64,000 nucleotides of DNA from Dictyostelium discoideum (taxonomy: Eukaryota), in the NCBI GenBank assembly GCA_000004695.1, contig CM000154.2, positions 4,576,001 to 4,640,000 of the forward strand. Reading direction: 5' to 3'. This document shows, in pieces, positions 36,672 through 48,321 of this stretch (the first letter of the stretch is position 1; the number at the start of each line of letters is the position of its first letter). A program made the translations under genes and the position numbers. Under the pieces are notes generated by a model. It did no database searches. It was not told where the DNA came from and was given only the letters and a program-made list of their open reading frames with translations.

Positions 36672-37402
36672 TCATTTAATTTTTTGTATTGAATTAGAAT
36701 AATTTAAAGCAAGCTTTGTAATGGTATTGAATGGCATTATAATATTTTGAGAAAGTTTTGCAGATGTTTCAAAATAATGAACTTTATCAATAATTCCTTG
36801 ACCTTCAATATTTTTACACCATTGTTCAATTCTTTCATTTGATATTGATATATCAGTTCTTGGAATATCACTTTTTGTACCTATTAAAACAAATGGTGGT
36901 AACAACTCCATATTTTCCAAACCGTTCTCTAAACATTTTGAATGAAATTCGTTCATCCATTTATTAAGATTTTTAAATGAATCTTCAAAGTGAAGATCAA
37001 AACAAAGTACACAACAATTTACATCACGATAGAAAGATTTATTTAAATTGGTGGTAAATTTTTCATGACCGGCAGTATCCCAAATATTGCATCCAACAAG
37101 TTCATTATCAACCATTATCTCTTTATAAAAGTAATCAAAAGTTGATGGATTTGTATAACTACCAAATTTTCTGCCTACAATTTCATTAAATATTGCTGTC
37201 TTTCCAGATCTATAATCACCAAGCATTATTATCAAAATAAAAAAAAAAAAAAAAAAAATGTTAAAACATATTTTAAATTAAAAATATGTTTTACTTTTAT
37301 ATAAAATAAAAATAAAAATAAAAATAAAAATAAAAATAAAAATAAAAATAAAAATAAAAATAAAAATCACGCATACCTTTATTTTCTTATTTGCTTTTTC
37401 CA
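36672..37402 (-). CDS. Rab-like GTPase paralog I (E/I-type): complement(36672..37226), with a possibly orphaned 5' exon at 37376..37402.
   Basis: [32 protein letters not shown] (catalytic Gln is His)..[27 protein letters not shown]. Ends ..IQKIK* with no C-terminal Cys. An exon-1 homolog (MEKANKKIK + GTATGC) is present, but the acceptor that reads TAG|ATAATAATG in E reads TTG|ATAATAATG here. The (AAAAAT)n repeat at 37300-37350 is intronic or upstream. Confidence 0.55.
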
Positions 37403-37720
37403 TTTTTAAATTAATATGTATTTACGCATGTGTATGTGTGTGAGAGAGTTGAAAATAAAATAAAAATAAAACTAAAAAAATCAAGATTTTTTTTTTTTTT
37501 TAGATATTTTTTTTTTTTTATTTATTTATTTATTGTTGAAAATAAAAATTTAGGTTAATTAACACCTAAATTTTTATTTTTTTTTATTTTTTTCTTTTCA
37601 CATTTAAATTAAATTAATATTAATTTATTCAAATTCTATTTTTGTATTTACAATTTTATCTAAATTTTTTTTTTTTTTTTTTTTCTATTATTTATTATTA
37701 TTATTTTAAAAATTATTTAT

Positions 37721-38293
37721 TTATTTTCTATCACTTTCTAATTGAAGTGCAAGTGATTTAAATAATGGATGATGGAATTTCCCTCTAGTTGAATCAAAGA
37801 AAGATTGTAATTTAATTTTATTTTCAAGTTGATGAGGTTGTTTTTCATATTCGTAGGCTTGTAGGATCATTTCAAATTTATCGAAATCTTTTACTAATAA
37901 TGCTTCATTGGTTTTACAATCTTCATATTCTTGCCAAAGATCGAAAATTTCTTTTCCAACTTCACCACTTAGTGTATTGGTAATTTCAATGATTGCATTC
38001 TTTTCTAATTGATATTTTTCTTCTTTGGTAATTTTATCATGTGGTGTGAAATCACCAACTAATGATTCACCTAAATCATGTACTAATGCCATCTTTATAA
38101 TTTTCATCTTGTCAATCTCTTTACCATCTTCACCAATTAATTCCTTTTTATCTAAACACATTCCCATCATTGCCATACGATACATATGATCTGATACTGA
38201 TTCTGGTAATTCTACTCCATGATTAACCCAACCAGTTCTTTTTAATGTTTTTAATTTACCACAAATTTTAAAAAATTCTAAATAATTACTCAT
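37721..38293 (-). CDS. HD-domain 5'-deoxynucleotidase, HDDC2/YfbR family.
   Basis: ..[94 protein letters not shown].. aligns along its whole length with human HDDC2 ([27 protein letters not shown]...ALVHDMAECIVGDIAP...). Single exon. Confidence 0.85.
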   Translation of the reverse strand: [190 protein letters not shown]

Positions 38294-38357
38294 TATACTT
38301 TCTCTTATATTTAAAAATAAATAAAAAAATTAAAATTAAAAAAAAAAATGAAAAACG

Positions 38358-38392
<35 letters not shown>

Positions 38393-39080
38393 TGAAGGAA
38401 AACTAAAAATTAAAAGCTATAAAAAAAAAAAAAAATTTCAGTAATGGAAAAAAAGAAATAAAAAAAAAAAAATAAAAAAAAAAATGAAAAGTGTTTTATT
38501 ATAAGATTTTATTAGCAGCAAATTTTTAATTTTATTTTATTTTAATGTTTTTTTTTTTTTTCGTCAAAAAATATTTAAATGATATTTTGATATTATTATT
38601 TATAAAAAAAAAAAAACCAATAAAAAATAAAAGATATTAACGTCTATATGGCCAATGAAATCGTCATCAAATGTGAAAATGCGTGATCAAAACACAATTT
38701 TTTTTTTTTAAAAATTTTTCAATTTCTTTTTTTGGACTATCAATAAATTTTTAACATTGAGCAAAATTTTTAATCAATATTATTCTAATATTATTGGTTC
38801 TTTTAATTTTTGCTTTTTTTTATTTTATTTTTATTTATTTTTTTATTTTTTTCTTTTTTTTTTTTTTTTTCTTTTTTTCTATTCTTCTTTTTTATTTTTA
38901 TTTTTGATTGTAACATTATAATTTTTTTTTTTTTTTATTTTTTTTTATAAAAAAATATTAGAAGCTAAAAGTTAGTTGTTAACATTCTTTATAATTTTTT
39001 TTTTTTTTTTTTTTTTTTTAATTGTATGTTTTTTAAAAAAACAAAAACAAAAACAAAAACAAAAACATAAAGAGAATATC

Positions 39081-39303
39081 ATGGAAATTCATTATACTCC
39101 ATTTATTAGAGTTATTAATTCAACTGGAAATTTTATTGATTTCAAATTAAATATTGGAGTTACAAATATCGGGAGAGGTAATTCTAATGATATTCCAATA
39201 GATGATCCAATAATTTCTTCAATTAATTCTTCCTTATGTATGTTTAAATTATTATTTTTATTTTTATTTTTATTTTCAATATAAAAAATTTAATTTTAAA
39301 TCT

Positions 39304-39340
<37 letters not shown>

Positions 39341-39583
39341 TATCCAGATTTTGATGGTTATACATTTTCATTTTTTGATTTAACTGAAGTTAATAAAACA
39401 TATATTAAATATCAAGAAAATGAGAATCCTATATTAATAGAGCCAAATACACCATATCAAATTATAAATGGAACTAGAATTCAATTGAGTGATGATACTC
39501 AATTAATTTTATTATTTTGTGAAGATTGTGAAAATCATCACCAAACTTCTTTTACTGAAAAAAAAGCAGCTGCAATATTTTAG
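39081..39583 (+). CDS. Small FHA-like protein, 2 exons: join(39081..39237,39348..39583).
   Basis: ATG at 39081 (the track ORF starts earlier inside a poly-T tract). GTATGT donor at 39238 (phase 1) and acceptor ..TATATCCAG at 39346..39347. Product: MEIHYTPFIRVINSTGNFIDFKLNIGVTNIGRGNSNDIPIDDPIISSINSSLY FDGYTFSFFDL..YQIINGTRIQLSDDTQL... The GR..D..I.D..IS pattern resembles an FHA core (weak). Confidence 0.45.
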
Positions 39584-39625
<42 letters not shown>

Positions 39626-39742
39626 TGGCAAAGATGGATTTTTTTTATATCTCTACCCTATCAAGTCATTGTAATATAAAACAAAAAAAAAAAAAAAGAG
39701 ATTGTTTATTTATTTATTTTTTCAAGTAGAAATAATTTAATG

Positions 39743-39777
<35 letters not shown>

Positions 39778-40308
39778 GTAATAAAAATTATAATTATTCT
39801 TTATTATTCTTTTTCTTATTGCCTCATTAAATTATTGGGTCATAGATTTTTTTTTTTTTTTTTTTTTTTTTTCTAACCTTAAAGTTATATTACTATATAA
39901 CCTTATAAGGAATTAAATTAAAATTAAAAAAAAAAAAAAAACTATTTTTTTTCTCTAAAAATATTAAAATAAAGAAATAAAAAAATCATTAGATTTCACA
40001 AAATTTAAAAGTATTTTTAGTTTTTTATTTTTTTTTTTTCTTTTCTTTGCATCCGTTTTTTTTTATTTTTTTTATTTTTTTGAATTTGGCGCCTTTTTTA
40101 GTTTATTTATTTTTTTTTTTTAAAACGAATGAAAAAACACTTTTTTTATTTATTTTTTTTTTTTTATTTTTCATAATTTTTTAAAAAATTAAAGTTAAAA
40201 AAAAAAAAAAAAAAAAAGACTTAGAAACATACACCCACCACTGCAACACATTAAAAAAAAAAAATAATAATAATAATATATATACATATATAAAATATAA
40301 TAATAAAA

Positions 40309-41140
40309 ATGACACATTTAATAGATTTATTCAAACCAATGATTCCATCATTATTAAACAATTTACATAAAGGTCAATCAGGAAGAATAGCAATTATGGG
40401 TGGAAGTAAAGAATATACAGGGGCACCATTTTTTTCGGGTATTTCCTCATTAAAGATTGGTTCTGATATTTGCCACATATTTGCACCAACAGAAGGTGGT
40501 ACAGCCACAGCTTTAAAAACAATGTCACCAGATTTAATAGTTCATCCAATTGAAAAAAATGTACATACAATAATTTATCAATTTTCAATATATATATATA
40601 TATTATCCTTTCCTTAATAATATTAATTAATTAACACACACACACTAGGATCCATCTGATATTATTCCATGGTTATTAAGTTTACATGTTATTGTTGTAG
40701 GTCCAGGTTTAGGTAGATCATCAGGTGCATGGAGTTGTGCATCAGAAGTTATTAAAGCAGCTAGAAATATAAATTTACCAATCGTATTAGATGGAGTATG
40801 TATTACATTAATGATATCCCCCCTTTATTATAATTCACTAAATAATAAACCAATTTTTTATTATTTTTTTTATTTTTTTTTATTTTTTATAAATAATAAT
40901 AATAATTATAGGATGCATTAAGATTAATTTGTGATAATTTAGATATTATAAAAGGATATGATAAAGCAATTTTAACACCAAATTTTGTAGAATTTAAAAG
41001 TCTATCAGATAGTGTAAAGAAAATGATTGGTGATACTTCAAATAATTTATTAAAACCAGAACATATTGCAAGTTGGTAAATATTAATTAATATTACGAAG
41101 AGGATGAATTGATATTACAAAAGAACTAACTTATATTTTA

Positions 41141-41219
<79 letters not shown>

Positions 41220-41578
41220 GTCTTGGTAATATTACAATTGTTCAAAAAGGTAAAGAAGATATAATAACAGATGGTAATCAAACAGTGGTTTGTGATGATG
41301 AAGGTATGCCAAGAAGATGTGGTGGTCAAGGTGATATTTTAGCAGGTACTGTTGGTACAATGTATGCTTGGTCACAACTTTACTATAAATATAATTCAAA
41401 TACGGATGATAAACCTGAATATCCAATCTCAATTATATCTGCATATGCTGCTTGTTCTTTATTAAGACATTGCTCAAAGAAAGCTTATCAAATTTCTAAA
41501 AGATCAACTGTTTCAATGGATATTATAAATCAAATTTCAAATGGATTTGAAGATTTATTCCCTGAATCTTCTAAATAA
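40309..41578 (+). CDS. ATP-dependent NAD(P)H-hydrate dehydratase (NAXD/CARKD, YjeF C-terminal family), 4 exons: join(40309..40560,40649..40795,40912..41075,41221..41578).
   Basis: [89 protein letters not shown] and [14 protein letters not shown] all match human NAXD. Donors are GTACAT, GTATGT and GTAAAT. Intron 3 contains an (ATT)n repeat at 41150-41218. The exon 3/4 junction (..IAS C|LGN..) is the least certain. Confidence 0.8.
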
Positions 41579-42084
41579 ACTTTTTTTAAATTATATTAAA
41601 ATTATTATTTTTATTTTATTTTCATTTTTTTTTTTTTTTTTTTTTTGGTAAAAAAAAAGGAAATATTTATTTTTTTTTATTTTATTTTATTTTATTTTTA
41701 ATTTTTTTGGTAAATTTAATTATTAAGAAAAACCATTTCATTTCCCTTTTTTTTTTTAATTTCTGGTAAAGGAAATTAATTAATTTTTTATTTTAAATTT
41801 AAATTTTTTTTTACCAGGCCAAGTAAAATTAATTTTTTTTAATTTTTCAAAAAAAAAAAATAAAAAAAAAAAAAAAATAAAAAAAAAAAAAAAATAAATT
41901 GCATAATTTAATTTAAAACGAAAAGGAATTTTAGTCAGATTAAAATAAAAAATCTTTTATAGATTTTCACATAATATTAAAAAAAAAAGAAAAAAAAAAA
42001 AAAAAAATAAAAACAACAACAATATTCAAATCCTCTATTAATAAATAAATAAATAAATAAATATAATAAATAATAAACATATAA

Positions 42085-43045
42085 ATGACAGCAACTAAAA
42101 CTGAAACAACTTCAACAACTTCAACAAGTTCAACAACAACAACATCATCTACAACTATTTCAGAAGTTGATGGATTAAAATTTACAATTACACCATTAAT
42201 TAAATCAACAATTTCAAATGATAATAAATTAAAAGAGAAATATTCAAAATATACAAATAACCAACAACCATTCATACCATTTAGTATATTAAAAGACATT
42301 GCAAAAACATCAACTACAAAAGTTTATTTTCAAGATTTAATTAAAGATTCTATAATTTATTATCCACCAAAAGCAGAAGTAACACCTGTATGTTTTTATT
42401 TTTCATTTCCCATTTTTTTTTTTTTTTTTAAATTTTCCACTTAAATTCTAATGATTAAATAATATAAAAAGGATCCAGAATTTATAGCAAGAAAACAACA
42501 TTTAGAGAAATTAAATAAAGAATATCAATATTCAAAATTAGTTAAAAATGTTGCTAAAAAAGAAACAGATTTAAATGAATTGTCTTCATTTAGATCACAA
42601 CTTTCAATTGCTGTAAATATATTAGTCACTTTTTTCACTCTTTTAGTTGGTGGTATTTTCGTTGGTCATAATTGGTTAAACTCTCAATTATATGTATGTA
42701 TTAACTTTTAATAACAAATAACTAAAAAATAATAATAGTGTAATAATAATAATAATACAAAAGAGACTTACTTTTTTTATTTTATTTTTTTATTTTATTT
42801 TTTTTTTTTTTTAGGGTTTAGTATGTGGTTTAGTATTAGGAATAATTGGTGTTGCTGTTGAAATTTGGTTATTTGTAATAAGATCTTCTCAAAATCAAAT
42901 GGAAAAGGATAAAGCTGAAAAAACTGAAGAAAAAATTACAGAGTGGAGAATTAGAAAGAGAACAAGAGAAATTAAAAAACAACAAAATCAATCTTTAACT
43001 GATGGCTCAAGTAGCAGCAGTAGTAGTGCTGTTAAAATTCAATAA
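42085..43045 (+). CDS. Small membrane protein with two C-terminal TM helices, 3 exons: join(42085..42387,42472..42693,42815..43045). Possibly a Vma12/TMEM199-like assembly factor.
   Basis: GTATGT donors at 42388 and 42694; acceptors AAAAAG at 42470..42471 and TTTTTAG at 42813..42814; all phase 0. Exons 2-3 encode ..LSIAVNILVTFFTLLVGGIFVGHNWLNSQLY|GLVCGLVLGIIGVAVEIWLFVIRSS.. followed by a basic/Ser tail. The family assignment is weak. Confidence 0.5.
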
Positions 43046-43233
43046 ATAAAAATAATAAATAATAAATAATAAAAAAAACATCGAAAATAGAAAATGGAAA
43101 TTTTAAAAAAAAAAACAAATAATTATTATTTATTATATTTTTATTATATTTATTTATATTTATATTTAATTTATTTTTATTTATTTTGTTTTTACTATTG
43201 GTTCTATGGTTGTGAATAATTATTAAAAGTTGA

Positions 43234-44337
43234 TTATATATCATCCATTGAACTGAAAGAGGAAGAATTTGAAGAAATTAAATCGCCACTAGTTGAATTG
43301 TTTGATTCATCCAATGAGCTAATACCACTTTCATTTATACTATCATTACTTTTATCAATTGTATTACTATTTTCAGAAGTGGTTGAAGTTGTGGTTGTAT
43401 TGATAATAGTAGTTGAAACTGTAACTGTATTTGTTTGTTGATCTTGTGTATTTTCTTTGTCTTTTTCACAAATATTATCATTAACTACAACATTATTGGT
43501 ATAATTAGTGTTGGTATTATTTTTATTATTATTATTATTATTATTATTAATATTATTATTATTATTATTTCCTGTTAAATCAGAAAATGAAAGACCTTTT
43601 AAAATCATATTGCCAAAGGCTAGGACATTGCCAGAAAATGAATTACTTTGTTTGTTTGATGAACAATCTTCATCATTGACTTGTTGTTGTTTTTGATTTT
43701 GTTGTTGTTGTTCAATTTCCTTGGTTTTGTTTGAATCCTCATCTTGGTTTTCTTTTTTACGATGAAGTCCAATAAATTGTAATTGTTGATTTGGTTTAGT
43801 TTTTTCATTGTTTTCATCACCATTATCATTATTGTCACTTTTTTCATTGTCTTTTTCATTGGTTTTCCAAGTTTGATCCATTTCTTCAAAATCTCCTTTT
43901 TCAGAATCACTTTCAAAATGGTTTTCAACACTTTCATTTTCTTCATATTCATCATTTCCTTGGTTCTCTTCATCATCATAATTTTCTTCATATTCATCAT
44001 TTTCTTGATTTTCATCATTTTCTTGATTTTCATCATTTTCTTCATTTTGTACATTTTCATCATTTACTTGATCAGCACCATCTTTGTTCAATGAATTTAA
44101 ATAAGAATTTAAATTTTTTTTTGATTTTTTAAAAGATAAATTCTTTTTTTTATTTTCCAAAGTACCACTACGACTAATATAACCAGTTGTGAAACCATGT
44201 ATCAAATAAAATTTAAAATACTTTTTCTTCATTGCTTCTCTACTATATGGAGTTTTTATAAATAAAATTGGATTTGATCTTTTTACTCTTTTAATTGTAT
44301 GACGATCATCATTTAAATAACTAATTTTATTTTTCAT
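43234..44337 (-). CDS. Hypothetical acidic (Glu/Asp/Asn-rich) protein.
   Basis: Single 367-aa ORF with [13 protein letters not shown] repeats and Ser/Thr tracts. No recognisable domain. Confidence 0.45.
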
Positions 44338-44638
44338 TTTTTATAAAATATATTATTGTTATTGTTATTATTTTTATTATTAATTAAGTGAGAGTGTTAA
44401 CATTGAATATTAAAAAAAAATAATAAAAAAAAAAAAAAAAAAAAAAAACACCTTTTATAATTTTTTTTTTTTATTATTTTTATTAAAAAAATTAATTTAA
44501 TAAAATAAAAAATAAATAAAAAATTATAAAAGGGGGAGTGTTTTTTTATTTTTATTTTTATTTTTATTTTTATTTTTATTTTTATAATTTTTTTTTTTAT
44601 TTTTTTTCTTTTTTCAAATTCTAAATTTCCAGATTGAT

Positions 44639-44875
44639 TTAATTTAAATCATTCATTTTAATTGTTTTAGGATCCATTAATGATTGAAGTTTTAATCTTA
44701 ATGCTCTTCTATATTTTGTATAAACTACTAAACTGAGAATGACAATAATTGTTGCAGAAACAACTGGAACTACAATTACAACTGGTAAAAACCAAACTCT
44801 TTCATTATCATCACTATTACCACTTTTACAATCTGATTTAAATTCTTTATTTTGAACTAAAATTGAAAAATCTAA

Positions 44876-44906
<31 letters not shown>

Positions 44907-47893
44907 AATATATAAAATAATTATAAAAAAAAAAAAAAAAAAAAAAATAATAATAATAATACTTTACCAGGATCAATTATACAATCTATGCAATGGGGTA
45001 AATTTAAACCAACAGTGATTGAACTAATATTTTTTTCAACGATTTGAGAAGTTATAAAAGTTGGACGATGATCAGATAAAGCACGATTAATGAATCTACC
45101 ATATAATACAGTACCATCCTTTGTAATGGTTACATAGTTTAATGCTGAATTTTCAGTATCAATATTTTCAATATTTGCAATATCACATTGTTGACCATTA
45201 ATTGTACCATCTTCATTTTTAGTTAAACCAACTGATGATTCCATTTGTAATTGTAATGTATTTAAACCACTAATATAGGTATAATTATTAATTTCAACTG
45301 TTAATTTAATTGAACCACTTGTTACCTTGAAAGTAATATCAGCAAATGTAAATTCTTTATCATTTTCAACTTCTTCAATTATATATGTAATATTACATTT
45401 TAATGGTACAATTTTATTAAAAATATATAAATTATTACTATTATTATTATTATTATTATTATTACTGGTAGAATTTATTTTTTTAAAATTCCAATTATTT
45501 TCAAATAAATCAATTGTATTAACTGGGTTATTATTAAAATCTAATTCTAAAAGTTTTTTAATTTTAATTGTATATTTTGTTTTATCATTATTTAAATCGG
45601 TTGAACCTGTACCTGTATCAACCGTTGTATTTGATTTTGGAGGTTGTTGAACCACTTCAATTGAACAATCTGGTCCAATGAAATTTGATTTCAAACAATT
45701 ACATTGGCCAATTCTTTGATCACAAATACCCATTGTAGAATTTGTACAATCGTTTGGACAATTTAATAGGGTATTGTTGTAGAGATAAATATTTTGACCA
45801 GCCCATGAATGACCATTTTGAATTACTGTAACTGATTTCACTCCACTACCAGGACCAATTAAACATTTTATTGATGAATATCCAATTTCATAAATTGGTG
45901 TACACTCTAAACCACCAATGAAAACTGAAGGATTAACATGGTCATCACCATACCAACCTTTTAACGTAACATTACCACCTAATATATTTGAAGCAACAAC
46001 ACTTGATACATAATGATCAGGAATTATACATTGATCACCTAACCAAAATGTAAAGCATTTACATACTTTATTTCTAATATCACAACTACCTTTATTATGA
46101 CAATTACAAATACATTCACCTGAATTTCTATCACAAAATCCTTTACCTGTACAATTTTGATTACAAGTTAAATAATAATTTGTAAAATCTGGTAAATAAG
46201 TTACATTGAATATATAATCTGGTTGACCAGTAATTTTTAAGACACTAGTTGCATCAATTTTAGTTTTGGTTATATTTGTATATGCGAAAAGTTGACAAAT
46301 TATAGTATCAAAAGTTGTAGATCTAATTTGACAATATTGATCATTCAATATTGTATATATAGTACCACTTATACTATAAGAGAATCCAGTACCTTTAATA
46401 GTTAATAAACCAACATTTGAAACATATACTGATGTTACCACTGGTCCACTTGTTGATAAGGTCATTGAAATTGAAGGATAAATGAAATTGAATGTAAATG
46501 TATTAATATCAACGGAATTTCTATAGAATTGATTACTTGGTATATCAACTATCCAATCATTTGTACTTGGTGTGGTTGTGAAATAACTTGTATCAAAACC
46601 TAAATCAGAACCATAAATAATTGTTCTATTTAAAATTGAATCAATCTTTAAATTTGCTATTAGATTTGTACAATTTTGAATGTTAATAACACCTATTGCA
46701 AGATTTAAATTTGATTTTAATATTACATTATTTTTAAAATGACATGAAAAACATGATGGTAAAATACCATTGATTAAAATTGAATTTGGTAATTTTAAAG
46801 TTTGTAAAGTACAAAATTGATTACTTATAGTTCCTTTCAATGGATTATTAGTTAATTCTAAATATCTTAAACTCTTTGGTAATGGTAATACTATATCTAA
46901 ATTATCAGGCATACCACAACTAGTAATTGAAATTGATTCAATGACAGAGTTTGCTTTATTGAAAATACCTGGAATTGGATACCCACTTTTAATTGAACAT
47001 TGGGTTATTGAAAATGATTTCAAGGATTTCATTGGTAAAGCTTTAATAGCATCAGTACTAAATAAACCAGGATTTACAATTGTAATACTTTTCAATGAAG
47101 TCATTGTTGATAAATCAATTGAACCATCAGTTGGTTTAGTAAATTGAATATTATTTAAAATTAATGTATTCAAATTTGTTAAACTTTTAATTGAATCACT
47201 TGGAAATGTATATGATAAACCACTACTACCACCATTCAATTGTAAAGTTTTAACATTTAAATAACTTGTTAAATTTGATAAATCATTTTTAACACCACTT
47301 GTAAAATACAAATTAACACTTTCAACACTATCGACATATGTTAGACTTGGTATATTCCTAGTCACACTATCAATTGATTTTATCCTACTTTTAGAACTTG
47401 TTGAACTTAAATCATTTGTATAGAAATAATATAATTCACCACTTGGTAAATTATTTAAAAGTGTGAAACTTGTCAATTCAATTAATGACGACACTGGTAT
47501 TGAAGCATTCAATGCTATTTGTAATAAATTATTTGTACTGATAGTCAATGAATCTATATTTTTAATTGGATTTGATATTGATTGTATTATACAATTATTC
47601 AATTCGAATGAATAATTTTTAAAATTATTACCTTGAAAAAAAAAATTATTATCCAATGAAAATAATGATAGATTGAAAATTAAATTCTCTTTTTGAAAAC
47701 AATTTAAATTATTACTATCAATTTTGATAACACTGGCACCATTCATTGTTAATGATGTTAATAAACCTTTATCATCACTACATTTAAAATTATTTGGATA
47801 ATCTTCACAATAATATCCCCAATTTGAATCATTTCTTAATTTAAATGTATTTGCATTTTTTGATAATACTATTAAATTATATAAACAATCAGC

Positions 47894-47941
<48 letters not shown>

Positions 47942-47957
47942 ATTTAGTTGGTTATTG

Positions 47958-47989
<32 letters not shown>

Positions 47990-48076
47990 ATAATAATATT
48001 TACTTTCAGATGGTATTAATTTTGAAATTGAATTTCCAAAAAATAAAAAGATAATTAAAATTAAAATAATATTCAT
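44639..48076 (-). CDS. Type I membrane protein with LRR, EGF-like and IPT/TIG modules (Tgr/adhesion-like), 3 exons: complement(join(44639..44871,44968..47892,48004..48076)).
   Basis: Exon 1 is a signal peptide (MNIILILIIFLFFGNSISKLIPSE, GTAAAT donor, phase 1). Exon 2 holds LRR-like segments (LxLxNNxL), two EGF-like motifs (CTGKGFCDRNSGECICNCHNKGSCD; CTNSTMGICDQRIGQCNC) and a TIG-like block (GGNVTLKGWYG..FIGGLECTP), ending at a GTAAAG donor. Exon 3 carries a TM segment (WFLPVVIVVPVVSATIIVILSLVVY) and a short tail (KYRRALRLKLQSLMDPKTIKMNDLN*). Confidence 0.6.
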
Positions 48077-48321
48077 GTTATTTAATCATTATATAGGAGT
48101 AAAATATCTGTTTTAAAAAAAAAAAAAAATAAAAAAATGTAAAAAAATTAAAAAATAAAAAAATAAAATTTTAAAAAAAAATAAAAATATAATGCACCAA
48201 AACATGTTAATTTTAGATATTTTTTTATTTTTATAATAATTTGGTCAATAAAAAAAAAATTTGGATATTTTTTTTTTTTTTTTTGAGATATTTTTTTTCT
48301 TTTTTTATTAATTATTATTTT

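Noticed and set aside
27659-37402. Considered whether the GTPase cluster could be a bacterial-style defence or toxin locus, as the task prompt hints.
   Set aside because: Every member has spliceosomal introns and eukaryotic Rab motifs, and the context is plainly nuclear eukaryotic DNA. It is a paralog array, not an operon.
43620-44063. Minus-strand ORF 43620..44063, rich in M/K.
   Set aside because: It is an alternative frame of the acidic-protein gene 43234..44337. That gene's frame has the better start and is longer.
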